This document shows positions 19,010 to 36,360 of a stretch of DNA of 64,000 nucleotides, piece after piece (the first letter of the stretch is position 1; every line of letters begins with the position of its first letter). Made by a program: the position numbers and the translations under genes. Below the pieces are notes generated by a model, which searched no databases, was not told the origin of the DNA, and saw nothing but the letters and a program-made list of their open reading frames with translations. Source of the DNA: the human T2T-CHM13v2.0 reference genome, Homo sapiens; NCBI RefSeq assembly GCF_009914755.1, contig NC_060929.1; one strand, 5' to 3'.

Positions 19010-19236
19010 ACAAAATGTTGTCACATAAATTATTTCACTTTAGTCTCCTAATATCCTAAAGAATCAGGTGAGTAGGGCAGGGATTATTTATTGGAACTTT
19101 GTAAAATAAAAAAACAAAAAATTCAGACAAGATCAATTACTTACCCAAATCACAAAATTAGTAAGTGAAGGAGTAGGGATTTGAAGCTAAGTCTTCTACT
19201 TCTAAATGTCATGCTTTTTCCATTGGGTTTCACTGT
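19010..19236 (-). mobile_element. MIR SINE hosting exon 2
   Basis: Minus strand GCTTCAAATCCC (B-box-like) and CACTTACTAATTTTGTGATTTGGGTAAGT versus MIR CACTTACTAGCTGTGTGACCTTGGGCAAGT. Confidence 0.8.
19145..19232 (-). other. IL6ST: IL6ST exon 2 (88 nt, 5'UTR, MIR-derived)
   Basis: Acceptor TTTACAG|TGAAACCC and donor TTTGG|GTAAGT; matches the gp130 mRNA leader as I recall it (...CCTGAG TGAAACCCAATGG...ATTTGG AAATATCCGCGCAAGATG). Confidence 0.9.
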
Positions 19237-19418
19237 AAAGAGAGGAGAGTCTTGTTCAGAAGGCTGGCTTTGATAATTTTATTATATGTGTACTTTAAAA
19301 ATCCCCATCTGCTCTTAGGCTTTTGGGTTTGCAGAAAGTATCCTACTTTAGATATGTTCTGAGCTTCAGAATAAAATAAACCCATAAACACTTGTATAAG
19401 AGTATTCAAATATTCTAG

Positions 19419-19705
<287 letters not shown>

Positions 19706-20464
19706 CCTAGTGCTATGATTTGATATACGCTTGCAAACATTATTGGCTCACCCACACCTAATGCAAACTTCCCTGACGTCTATGTAATGTCACAGAAACA
19801 TGACAGGAACATTTATGACAGACGGAGTTCTTTAACAATCACATATTTCTTCTTCTACTAGCACTAAATTAAGCCTGCTAACAACTATTCTATGTAACCA
19901 GAGATAAAAATCCATTTTAAGATTTGTTCACTTAAATTCTAGCTTAAGTACTAGTGCTCCTCTTTGAAATACAACAAGTAACTTCAAACTTAGGCAAGGA
20001 GTTGAATCTTCCATTATTGTTTCATACACATTAAGCCTTTGATATAACTTAATAACACATAAGGAATTAAATTTATAAAAATATTTTTTAAATGTCTAAT
20101 GAAAAGAAACTGAAAAAATGCCATGTGAAAGTGCACTATAATCCCACCAAGAGATAACTACCATGAACATTTTGGTGGATATTCTTGCAAAATTTTTTAT
20201 ACATGTATTATATAACTTTACATTGTATAAATATACACACTTTTCTATTTTACAAAGATGGGATCATGTAAGTGAGAAATGTTTTATAACCTTTTTCACT
20301 TAACACTACATAGTGGACATCTTCATAAGTTAATATATAGAGAGTAATTCCTTGTAGCCTTTGCTCAAATTCACCTCCTCATAGAGATCTTCCCTAACCA
20401 CCCTGTGTTTCTTATACCCCTTTACTGATTTTTTTTTTTTCTACAACACTTAACACCTTCTAAA

Positions 20465-20686
20465 ATAGGCTAGCAAACATTTTCTGTAAAGGGCCAGATA
20501 ATAAATATTTTAGATTTCGTGGGCTTTAAGTTCTCTCTTGCAATTAGTTAACTCCGTTATTAAAGTGCAAAAGCAGCCATACACAATATGTAAATAAGTG
20601 GGCATAGGTATATTCCCATGCAACTTTATTTATAAAAATGGCTGCAAGCTGGATTTGGCTTATGGGCTATAGTTTGCCAACCCCTG
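20465..20686. mobile_element. MER58A-like hAT DNA transposon
   Basis: GCAAACATTTTCTGTAAAGGGCCAGATA...TAGTTTGCCAACCCCTG. Confidence 0.75.
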
Positions 20687-20726
20687 TTCTAAATACAATA
20701 TAATTAAATTAATTTTCTTTTTGTTT

Positions 20727-21318
20727 GTTATGGGCTGAACTGTTCCCCCCAAAAAATATGTTGAAGTCTTAACCCCAGTAGCACAAAATGTTACTCTATG
20801 GGCAGATTTAATTGGATGTTATAGTGGAGTATAATAGGCCTTTAGTACAATATGACTGGTGTCTTTAAAGAGACAGAGCCAGGAAGAATACCATGTGAAT
20901 ACACAGGCAGAGATTGGAGTTATGCAGCTGTAAGCTAAGGAATCTCAACGACGATGGCTACCACCAGAAGCTAGGAGAGGCAAAGGAAGATTCTATCCAA
21001 AGTCTCAAAAGGACTTCTAGCCTCCAAAACCTTGAGAGAATAAATTTGTTGTTTTGAGCCACCCAATTTGTGGTACAGGTTGAACATCCCAAATCTAAAA
21101 ACTGAAATGCTCTAATTCCAAAACGTTTTGAGCTCTGGCATTTTGGATTTCAGATTTTAGGATTTGGGATGCTTAACTTTAAGTATATAATGCAAATACA
21201 ACACAAACTGAAAAAAAAAAATCCAAAATCCAATATACTTCTGTTACTAAGTATTTCAGGTAAGGGATACTGTAACAAAGGGATGCTCTATTACAGTAGC
21301 CCCTAGGAAACTAACACA
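20727..21318 (+). mobile_element. MLT1A/B-like LTR interrupted by Tigger4/MER46-like element (~21076-21270)
   Basis: TGTTATGGGCTGAACTG start; CAGGTTGAACATCCCAAATC terminus after TA; LTR resumes ...CCCTAGGAAACTAACACA. Confidence 0.65.
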
Positions 21319-21389
21319 TAGTGTGTGTCCCCAAAATAGAAGGTAAGTGAAGAGTGGAATGGCTAGGCCCTACGGCAGGTGTGTGCTTG

Positions 21390-23700
21390 GCTATATCTTC
21401 TTTGATGATGTGTCTGTTCAAACATATTGATCAACTGGGTTTCCTGTTTTCTCATTAAGTTTTGAAAGTTCTAAGAAGATATTCTGGCCTTTATTAGAAA
21501 ATGGATTTACGCATTATTTTCTTGTATGCTTGTCTTTTCATTCTTTTAACAGTATCTTTTGACGAATAGGAGGTTTAATTTTAATAAAGTTCAATTCATC
21601 AATTTGTGTTTTTGATGTATCTAAGAAGTCTTTGCTTAATCTAAAATCATAAAGGGCCCGACGCAGTAGCTCACACTTGTAATCCCATCACTTTGGGAGG
21701 CCGAAGTGGGTAGATCACCTGAGTTCAGAAGTTCGAGACCAGCCTGGGTATATGGTGAAACCCTGTCTCTACTAAAATATTTTAAAAATTAGCCGGGTGT
21801 GGTGGTGCACATCTGTAATCCCAGCTACACAGGAAGCTGAGGCAAGAGAACTGCTTGAACCCGGGAGGCAGAGGAGGCTGCAAGTGAGCAGAGATAGCAC
21901 CACTGCACTCCAGCCTGGGTGACAAAATGAGACTCCTTCTCAAAAAAAAAAAAATATAAAAAATAAAAATAAAGTCAAAAAGGTTTTTTCCTACAAGTTT
22001 TATAGTTTTAGGGTCATTTAGGTCTCAGTTATTTCAAGTTAATATTTATGTGTGGTGTCAAGCTGAAATTTGAGTTCATTTTGTATATACGGATAATTGT
22101 TTCAAAACTATTTGCTGAAAAAATTATCCTTTCTCAAGTGAATTGCCTTTGCGTCTTTCTTAAAAATCAGTTGTTCACAGGTGTGGGTCTATTTGGCTAC
22201 TCTCAATTCCAGGGTGGGCAAGCTTTTCATGTATGAGGTAGGAGGTAAATATTCTAGGTTTGTGAGCCATAAGGTCTCTATTGGAGCTACCAATCTACTG
22301 TTACGACACAAAAGCAACCATAGAAAATACATAAACAAACAGGGGTGGCTGTGTTCTAACAGTACTTTATGAAAACAGAAGGTAGGATGACTCCTACTCT
22401 ATTTGTTCCACTGATCAATTTGCTTATTTATATGCTACCACCACACTGTCGTGATGACTTTAGCCTTATAAATCTTGAAATCAATATTCTGTGTGCACTT
22501 AAAAAGCACTGCTGCTGCTGGTAGAGTGTTACATAAATGGTCATTACGTGAATTTGGTTGATAGTGTTCAAATCTTCCATATCCTTACTGATTTTCTGAC
22601 TACTACTTCTATCATTGTTCAAAAAGGGATATTGAAATCCCTGAATATAACTGTGGATTTACTTCTCCTTGCAGTTTTTACCCTGTTGTGTTTTGAAACT
22701 ATGTTATTTGGTAGATCCTTTTGATAAATTGACCCTTTTATCATTAGGAAATGCCCTTCTTTACCACTGGTAACATTCTCTGAAATCTACTTTGATATTA
22801 CTATAGCCAATTCTGTCTTACTTTGATTAGTGTTATCATGACATATCCTCTCCCATTCTTTTTTGTTTAATCTGTATGTTTCTTCATATTTAAGTGGCAT
22901 CTTTAGGGGGTAGGCAGCATGTGGTTGTATCCAATCTGATAATCTCTGCTTTCCAATTGGGTGTTCAGACCATTTACATTTAATATAATTTGTGATATGA
23001 TTAGGTTTAAAGCTATCAGCTTCATATTTGTTTTCTTCTTGACTGTTCTTTGTTCCTGTTTACTTTTCTGCATTTATTTTTCTTAATTATTTTTTATTCT
23101 CTTTTCCTTGTTAGCTAATAAGCTATAATTCTTTGTTTTCTTATTGGTTGCTTTAGGTTTATAGTGTACATCTTTAACTTTTCACAATCTATCTTCAAGT
23201 AATATTATGTCACCTCAGGCATAGTATATAATAGTATACTTCCATTTCTCCCCCCAGACCTTTGTGCTATTTTAGCATATATTTTACTTTTGCATATATT
23301 AAAACTTCACATTGGTAGCTCCCACCTGAAATCCCATCACTCTGGGAGGCCAAGGCAGGAGGATCACTTAAGCCCAGAAGTTTAAGATCAGGTTGGGCAA
23401 TATAGTAAGACTCTCGCCTCTACAAAAAATAAAAAGTTAGACAGCTGTGGTGGTGCATGCCTGTTGTCCCAGCTACTCAGGAGGCTGAGGTGAGAGGACT
23501 GCTTGAGCCTTGGAGGTCGAGGCTGCAGTGAGTTGTGGTTGCACTACTGCATTCCAGCCTGGGTGACAGAGTGAGACTGGCACATATTTACTCGTGTGGT
23601 TACCATTTCTAGAGCTTTTAATTCCTTTGTATAGATCCGTATTTCCATCTGGTATCATTTTCCTTGGGCCTGAAAAACTGCCTTTAACATTTTTTTGTAG
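21390..23700 (-). mobile_element. Old L1M fragments with inserted Alus (21655-21975, 23315-23580, plus strand) and a MER58-like fragment (~22210-22380)
   Basis: L1 ORF2 endonuclease-like remnant in ORF 22428..22622; T-rich L1 antisense signature. Confidence 0.55.
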
Positions 23701-24271
23701 TATGGTTAGAGAAAAGTCTAAATAGATTTGAAAACAAAACCAAAGTGTGAATGCTAACAAGTATTTAGCCTAAAATAAGCACAGTTCAAAATGAGAAAAG
23801 ATACTGCTAATTACTATATTAACAGACCAAAGGAAAATGACAGGGTCATTCCAACAGATGTTTGAAAAGCATCTGATAACATTCAACAACTGTTCATCTA
23901 AAACTTAAAAATAACAACAAAGTGTCAGAAAACTAAGACTGAAAGAGACCATCCTTACCTTGGTGAAGGATAACAAAGATGATACAGGGACTCTAGAACC
24001 AGATTGCTTGTGTTCAAATTTCAGTCCCTATATTTTAACATCTTAGGCAAGTTTTTAAATAGCCTTCACTTTTACTTCCTTTATCTGTAAACATGGGGTA
24101 CCACCACCACCTACCCATCTAGGAATGTTATGATGATTAAATAACTCATTATACATAAAGTGCTTAGAATCATTTGGCTCATTGTAACTACTCAATAAAA
24201 GGTTAACAGCTGTTATTATTAGTGCAGCTCTTGCTGTTGCTGCCACAGGTACTACTATAAGAAACCTACAA

Positions 24272-25570
<1,299 letters not shown>

Positions 25571-27170
25571 TCGCAGAAAAAAAAAAAAAGGGCAGTCTAA
25601 AGGTAAAGTAAACATAGCACTGATTGGCAAATGAATAGACAACTAAATCAATGGTACAAAACAAAACACACTCAAGTGTATATAAGAATTTAGTATCTGA
25701 TTTTTTAAAAGGTTGCTCATTTGCTGGGAAAATAAAGGACTATTCAATAAATAGTATTGGGACAACTGGCTCCATAAGCAAAAAAGAAAAAAAAGAACCC
25801 CATTTCATCAGACAAAAAGACACACACTCATGCACGTGCACATGCATGTATAAGCATACACTCTCTCTCCAGATTAAGGACCTAAATGCAAAAGCAAAAT
25901 TATAAGCATATTGAAAAACACATAGAATATGCTTATGACCTTAGGGCCTTTTAAAATTAGACTATTTTAGCCAAATGAAAAGGTTTACAGAGCACTTTGA
26001 TGAACATCCATGTTCTCACCATTGCTTAAGAAATAAAAGCTCAAGCTTTTATTCAATTTTTATTCCGTTACAAACATAATTGAAGCCATATAAATAGTTC
26101 TTGCCTTTAAGAAGTCCAAAGTTTAGAGATGCAGAATATGCACAAAGTGCCACAGGAGCACAGAAAATACCCAATTCAGACAGGGGCCAGGAGCGCCCAG
26201 TCTTAAAATAAGGGTAGGGGTTCCTAGATAGAGAAAATAGCACACATATGAACTCTACATCATCTTTGACTCTAATTGTCAAGTGAAGATTACCAATGAC
26301 AAAATCCCAGAGCATGCCAGTCTAACCAGAGCTATGCTATCTGAAACATAGCTCTGATTAACTCACTTTGCACTAGGGGGTGGGGTTGGGGGTAATACAT
26401 AAAACAGAACATCCAAACAAAAAAAGACTGAGCAGATCAATCAACCTTAGAGCAAAGGGTGAAGCTGATTGCTTAAAAGAAAATGAAACTTTGGAGGCAG
26501 AACATTCCAAATGTAACAGGGCAACAGATTTACAGTGCTGAAAGGAATGAATCTCCTGCTCTGGATATGTATACACACAGCTTTAAAACAATCATCTATA
26601 TACTATAGCCATTTTTCAGCCAATGTAGCTCTCTTATTCACGATCAATCAGCTAATTTCTTATTAAATCTTACTAAGATACACTAGATAGCCGCAAAGTT
26701 TAAAAAAAAAAGAAGAAGAAGAGACTGTAGCCATTTTGACTATATATATCACAAGTGTTTCTGAAGCCTTTCACATTGTTGACCATCCCTGGTTCTTGAA
26801 TTTCTCCTATATCCTGGTTTCTATGTAACCAGATAATGTAGTTGAATTCTTTCCTTTATCCTCTTTCTTGTCTCCTTTACTGAATTCTCTGCTAGCTTTT
26901 ATCTCCAGGCTATGAAGGTACCCAAAGATAAAGTACTGGGCATCGACTTTTCTTTTTAAATACCAACTTCTTTGAAGACATGACTTCAACTACTACCTTC
27001 AAACAAAATAATTTCAAGAATTTTGGCTTGGATCTTTCTTTTAATTCCAGTTACATTTCATCTTCTTAGATATTCTGTCTCTGAGTCTTATCAATTTAAG
27101 AGGTCTAAAAACAATACACCATAGGTACATGCTCATGAACACATATACACATAAATGCCCACCCACTTTT

Positions 27171-27688
27171 TTTGTTTATTATACTTTAAGTTCTAGGGTA
27201 CATGTGCACAACATGCAGGTTACATATGATACATGTGCCATGTTGGTGTGCTGCACCCGTTAACTAGTCATTTACATTAGGTATATCTCCTAATGCTATC
27301 CCTCCCCCCTCCCCCTACCCCATGACAGGCCCTGGTGTGTGATGTTCTCCACCCTGTGTCCAAGCGTTCTCATTGTTCAATTCTCACCTATGAGTGAGAA
27401 CATGCGGTGTTTGGTTTTCTGTCCTTGCAACAGTTTGCTCAGAATGATGGTTTCTAGCTTCATCCATGTCCCTACAAAGGACATGAACTCATCCTTTTTT
27501 ACGGCTGCATAGTATTCCATGGTGTATATGTGCCACATTTTCTTAATCCAGTCTATCATTGATGGACATTTGAATTGGTTCCAAGTCTTTGCTATTGTGA
27601 ATAGTGCTGCAATAAACATACGTGTGCATGTATGTCTTTATAGCAGCATGATTTATAATCCTTTGGGTATATGCCCAGTAATGGGATG
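27171..27688 (-). mobile_element. 5'-truncated L1PA (PA4-6-like) 3' end
   Basis: ORF2 C-terminus MFIAALFTIAKTWNQ...; TSD AATGCCCAC(C/A)CACTTTT at 27154 and 27689. Confidence 0.93.
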
Positions 27689-28764
27689 AATGCCCACACA
27701 CTTTTTAAAAAGTCACAAGGACTTACCATTTTTCCCTATCTACAAACAACTCATCCTCTTCAACTGCCTAAGTCAATGGAGTCCATCGTTTCTCTCATCT
27801 ATGCAGTACATTTTAGCTTTTCTCAGTTACAAATCTTATCCTGTCTTCTCTCCCATAATATCTTTCCCACCCATCTCTTCTTTTTACTCTCTACCACAAA
27901 CTAACCTAATTTGGACATTGATCACCTCAATAATTTCAACTGTGTTCCTGCTTCCAGTCTCTTTCCTCCCCACCAAGCATTCTGAACATTGTTGGTGGAT
28001 CACTCTCTCTACAACACAACTTTAAACCTGTCATTCTTCTCCTCAACAGCTTTTTAAAGGGTGAATAATAATGCCAAATATTCTAACTATTTAAGAACCT
28101 AAAATTTTGGCTTTGATGTGCCTATCCAATCTATCTTTTCCAATACTCAAGTTTCTCTATTCTAAAAAAAAAAAAAAATCCTTTCCTCAGACTCCTCCCT
28201 CAAGCTACCTTACTACTATACTTCTAGAGAGAACTGCTTGCAATTGCAAGCAATCTGGCTTTTTTACTCCAATAATGCTGAAATTATTCTTGTAGTTTCC
28301 AAACTGCAAAGCAAATACTTAAGCTCCTCATTTTGCTTGACCACACCATGCCATTTATAATTCGGTCTTATCTTTCATCACTCCCTACTAACCATCCCTG
28401 TAGACTCAGCAAACCACTAGACTTCCTCTAACATACCTTGTTCTTTCAGTCTGTGCTTCTACATATATTATTCCAATGTCTTTCCTGACTCTGCTGTGCA
28501 CTACAAACTGCTTTTGAAGTATCATCTCTTATATGGAATTTCCCCCCACTTCAAACATCTTTGCTGTCAGTGTACTCTTACATCATTCCCTAACAGGACT
28601 CAGAACACTGCACAGTAATTGTTTCACATATCTTGATATCCTCAGAATCTACCATAGTTTGAGGCACCTGGTGGACAATTAAGGGTGGGTTTTTATAGAC
28701 TTTCTGGTATGATCTTATTTTCTATCTACTCGCTGTCGCTCAAGCGTACTGTATGGAGACGCAG

Positions 28765-29010
28765 GATGTATCATGGTTAAGAGGTCAGATTCTGAAGCCA
28801 GGCTGTCTATGTATGACCTTTAGATCTACCACTTAGCTGGGCAAATTAATTAACCTTCTTGTGCCTGGGTTTCCCTATGTGTAAAAAGAGGATTTTATCC
28901 TATTATTATTAGACCTACTTCATAATATTATGAAGATTAAATGCCTTAATATGGGCAAAGTGCTCAAAACAGCAACTGGCACAACATAAGCACTAAATAT
29001 ATTGCCTGTT
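28765..29010 (+). mobile_element. MIR
   Basis: TGGTTAAGAG...TCTGAAGCCAG...TGTAAAA...AAAGTGCTC. Confidence 0.7.
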
Positions 29011-31207
29011 TTAATTAATAGACCTTAGTTACTGCTGATCCTTTCCACAAGCTAGTCCTATATTATGTTCTATATTCTCCATTCTACATTTTGTCCTCCA
29101 TTCGCTATTATTAATGGGCTGTCTTCATTTTTCCCTTTATCCAAATCCTACCCAGGTTTCAAGGCCAACTTCTGGTAAATCCTTTGCTCATTCCAATCCT
29201 TAAATGCTCACTCCAATCCTTAAACGATCATTCCCTAATTTTAATATCTACAGGATTTTCTGCATCACTCTGCATTTAATTAAAACTGCTTTGCATCCTT
29301 GTAGTTTTTTTCGTATAAGTTTGTCAATCCAATTATTATAAACTCTTTGAAGGTCCTGATTACATCTCCTGCACCTTTGTGAGTTCGTACAGCAGGTAGT
29401 AATTGCTTAGTATTTGCTGTGTAAAATAATAAAGCACAATAGGAACCTCAACTCTGATCATTCTGCCTTTGCAATCAAAGAAACGGAGAAGCTGTGAGAA
29501 CATTCCATGCTTCTCTAGGAGCCAAGCTGCAAATGTATTAGGGCCAGAGAATTCTGACTCCCATTAAAATGAGCAGCTCTGAAAGGAGGGAGCGGGGAAT
29601 CCCTCCCTGCCACTGTAGAGGATTTATGGGTTGCCCTTAAGTTCCCAAACCAAATTGTGGCACTGGGGTTTTTATGAGAAACGTGTCAACATGACAAAAT
29701 GATTCAGAGCACAGGATTTGGAGTCACACAGATCTAGTTTTCAGCGAGACTCCTGTTTCCTTCTCTATAAAGGGGACATTTTAACACCTACTTCACATGT
29801 ATTTAACTTTCGCCCTAACACTGAACTGAAGTGCAAAGCCTTGGAAACAAATTTAAATAAATTGAAAATACTGCAATTCACAAATAAGAGTGAGAACAAC
29901 ATTTTTAGTTACGTAAGACTATATTATATTAAATTAGGTGGCAGCAGTATTTATAATAATCTAAATTGCCTGTGAGAAAATTAAACTGGTATTGTCAATA
30001 CATACTTAAAATAAGAAAAAAATCCCACTACAGTCTGTCCTTTTTGACACTTTCTCCTTCCTGTAATTTTTTTCTTTCACTCAAGATTAAAAACAAACGT
30101 TCAAGATTATCCCTAAAGAGAAATAGTTGGAAAGCACAATTTAATAGCAAGTTGGTTCTATAAATGTAATATTTCAGTTCATAGTTCAAAAATACTTCCA
30201 AATAGGAATTAACATGAATTTAAGAAATTAACATAATGGCACACAGCTAAACTGATGATCTGAGTCCGTAATTTCAAATTAAGAGTTGTTCCAACTTGAA
30301 GCTGGCAGTCATACACAGTTTAAAGGGTTTGTTTACAGCACTGTCAAAAGCAAATACCACAATCTTTCAGAAAATTCACCCTGGCATTCTAATAACTAGT
30401 TATTTTAAGGCAGTATAATTGTTGAAATACTTCACAAACTAAGCCAAAATGCGTTTCCTTCTGAAGGCAAAAAAAAAAAAAAAAAAAAAAAAAAGGTGAC
30501 GTCTTATTTTTAACCTGTGATTTTTTTTTTTTTTCAGTTTCGGATTATGAAATAAAATGCTGTTCATCCACTGAAGAACAGACCCTTGCTTCCTGCACTA
30601 TCTTCAAAAGTTTAGGTCGGAGGAGGTAAAATTTTAAAAACTGATTTGTTCTCCTTGGGATACAGTGAGATGTGGAATTCGTTAGGAATGATAATTATTA
30701 ATAGAAAAGATCAAAAGAAGGAAAGAAACGTTAATAGTGTTTATAAGCATTGTGAACTTTCAACAAAGCTGAAACGTTACGATTTCAAGATGAAAAAACG
30801 GCTTTGGGGAAGGGAAATCCACCTCGAGAATGAAGACAAGTGCGGAGCGAATAGAATTTCAGGGGAGATGAAAAGGGGATTGGGAAAAACGTGGGATCTG
30901 GTAACAAAAAGGGGGGTTTGTTCTTGAAGGGCGTTCTGCGGGGCGGGCGTTAAGAGGGGTGCGTGCGTGCGCCTGGGTGAAGTTTGTACTCAGGGCTGCG
31001 ATAATCGAGGTGACAAAGTTGTGGAAGTAGAATTCGGAGGTCCGGGAGCAGGAAGGGGAAGGAATGTGGGGATTTCCAGGCTGGGCTGACAAGTTCCGGG
31101 CGCTGCTCTCAGGGGGAAGGGAGGTCTCCTCGAGTGCCAGATAGCCCGTCCGAAACCACCGACACTCTAACTCCAGCTACGCGACCCAGCACCCGGCCCC
31201 TCCTCAC

Positions 31208-31410
31208 CTCAGGCCGCGCCGCCTCGACCCTCCGCGTCTCCACAGCGCACGAACCCCTTGGCGCCAGGCTGGGCCAGACCCGTCGGCCTGGCAGGCGCGG
31301 CCCCCGGTTCAGCTGCGCCGGGGCGGCCCAGCGCGACTCCGCGGGCCTTTTGGCTGCTCGCCCCGGCTCCGGAACACTGTCAGATCCTTCTCCGCAGAGG
31401 TAGCGCGCCA
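31208..31410 (-). other. IL6ST: IL6ST exon 1 (GC-rich 5'UTR; TSS approximate)
   Basis: Donor CCTGAG|GTGAGG at 31202-31207; lies in CpG island; contains no ATG. Confidence 0.88.
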
Positions 31411-31595
31411 CCCCAGTCCCGCGGCGGGGCGGGGCGCTCCCCAATCCCGCCCAGCTGCGCCCCCGGCCGGCCAACGCTGCGCCCCGCCCCCTACCGGGAC
31501 CTAGGCGCTGATTGGCCCCTGAGAGACCCTTTGCGCCCAGGCATTGGTCCAGTGGCCGCCTGTCGACGAGGGGGCGGGACTCCGAGGGGTAGCGA

Positions 31596-31604
31596 TTCCC
31601 GTAA
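31596..31604. promoter_or_regulatory. STAT1/STAT3 GAS element TTCCCGTAA (m67-SIE-type core)
   Basis: Exact TTCCCGTAA about 190 bp upstream of exon 1; the gp130 promoter is known to be STAT-regulated. Confidence 0.85.
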
Positions 31605-32689
31605 CGCGGCTCTTCGCGTCCCGGATTCCGGTGGCTGCGTCCGCGTCGCCTCTCCCAGACTAGATCGAAGGGTTCCCCCCACCTCCCCTCTGTGGGCGGA
31701 AAGAGCGGAATGTTCCATTTTTCTGTGGAATAACGGGGTCATGAACTGGAGCCCGGGTGCTGCCCGCCGCCCGCTGCCCCCGCCCTCCCTTCTCGCCAGG
31801 GCGCCTGCGGCCTCTCTTCGCGGCCTTCCCCGAGGGACTCAGAGCCGCGAGGGACCGCCTAGCTCCCTTGGGGATGGGGAAGGCGTGGGAGCCTCTTGGG
31901 GAAAGTGAAGAGCTCGGTGGCCGTGACTCCGCACGAGACTGCGGCAGATTGTGGCGGCGGCTTCTCTCCAAGACTTACGTAAACGAGCCTTGCCACAGTA
32001 CTTTTTTAAATTAGTAAATGAGTTTGGGTGCGATTGATCAGTGAGCCCCAGAGGTGGTGGCCCACCAAGCGACTAGTGTTTCTTTGCGGTTTGTACCTCC
32101 CCGTTTATGATAAAAAATACCGGGTAAAAACCTATTCATCCCGCCTCCGCCCCCCCCTTTCCCTCAGAAAATGGACCTCAAGGCTCATGATGTTTGTTTC
32201 TCCCCAAAGGAAGATGAGAATCTTGAGTTAAAAGATAAGGCATGTGCGTGCGTGCGTGTGGGGTGTGTGCGTGGGTGTCTGTAAAAGTAAACACCCAAAG
32301 GTAGAGGTTTTTGTGGAAGAATGAGAGGATATAGGAAGGAAATAATGGTTTAATGAACTTAAATTATATCCATAAATTAACAATTATAAAGTTCTTCATT
32401 ATATTGAGGATTCAGATAGAGTAAAACATAGATCGAATTTTAATCTCTTAGTTGTTGATCAGATAATTTATAAAAGGGCAAAGTGGGCCTGCTAACGGAG
32501 TCGCAGGCAAAGTAGATGGTGCTGCAGCTGATGTGTTCAGCTCTTGCTCCTCCCTGTCATCCTATATCTAACCTATAGATTGTGACCAGATTCTGTTCTA
32601 GCTTTGCCATTTAGAGGGGTGTTTATTTTAAGACAAATTTTTATAAAAATTTGTTAAATTGAAAATTTTGTATAGATCCAGGAAACTTG

Positions 32690-36330
<3,641 letters not shown>

Positions 36331-36360
36331 TCATAACTGACCACTATTCTAATGTCATAG

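Larger units (their letters stand above)
30780..32300. promoter_or_regulatory. IL6ST: CpG island / TATA-less, probably bidirectional IL6ST promoter
   Basis: High GC and CpG density; GC boxes at ~31426, 31481, 31570; CCAAT at 31441 and ATTGG at 31511 and 31543. Confidence 0.92.

Noticed and set aside
27377-27619. 80-aa ORF resembling a real protein
   Set aside because: C-terminal remnant of L1 ORF2p in a 5'-truncated copy
29606-29620. CTCF-like motif (CTGCCACTGTAGAGG)
   Set aside because: Spacing does not fit the core consensus
31109-32014. Pro/Arg/Gly-rich ORFs up to 216 aa
   Set aside because: Stop-codon depletion in a CpG island; mostly non-ATG starts, overlapping on both strands, no recognisable domain
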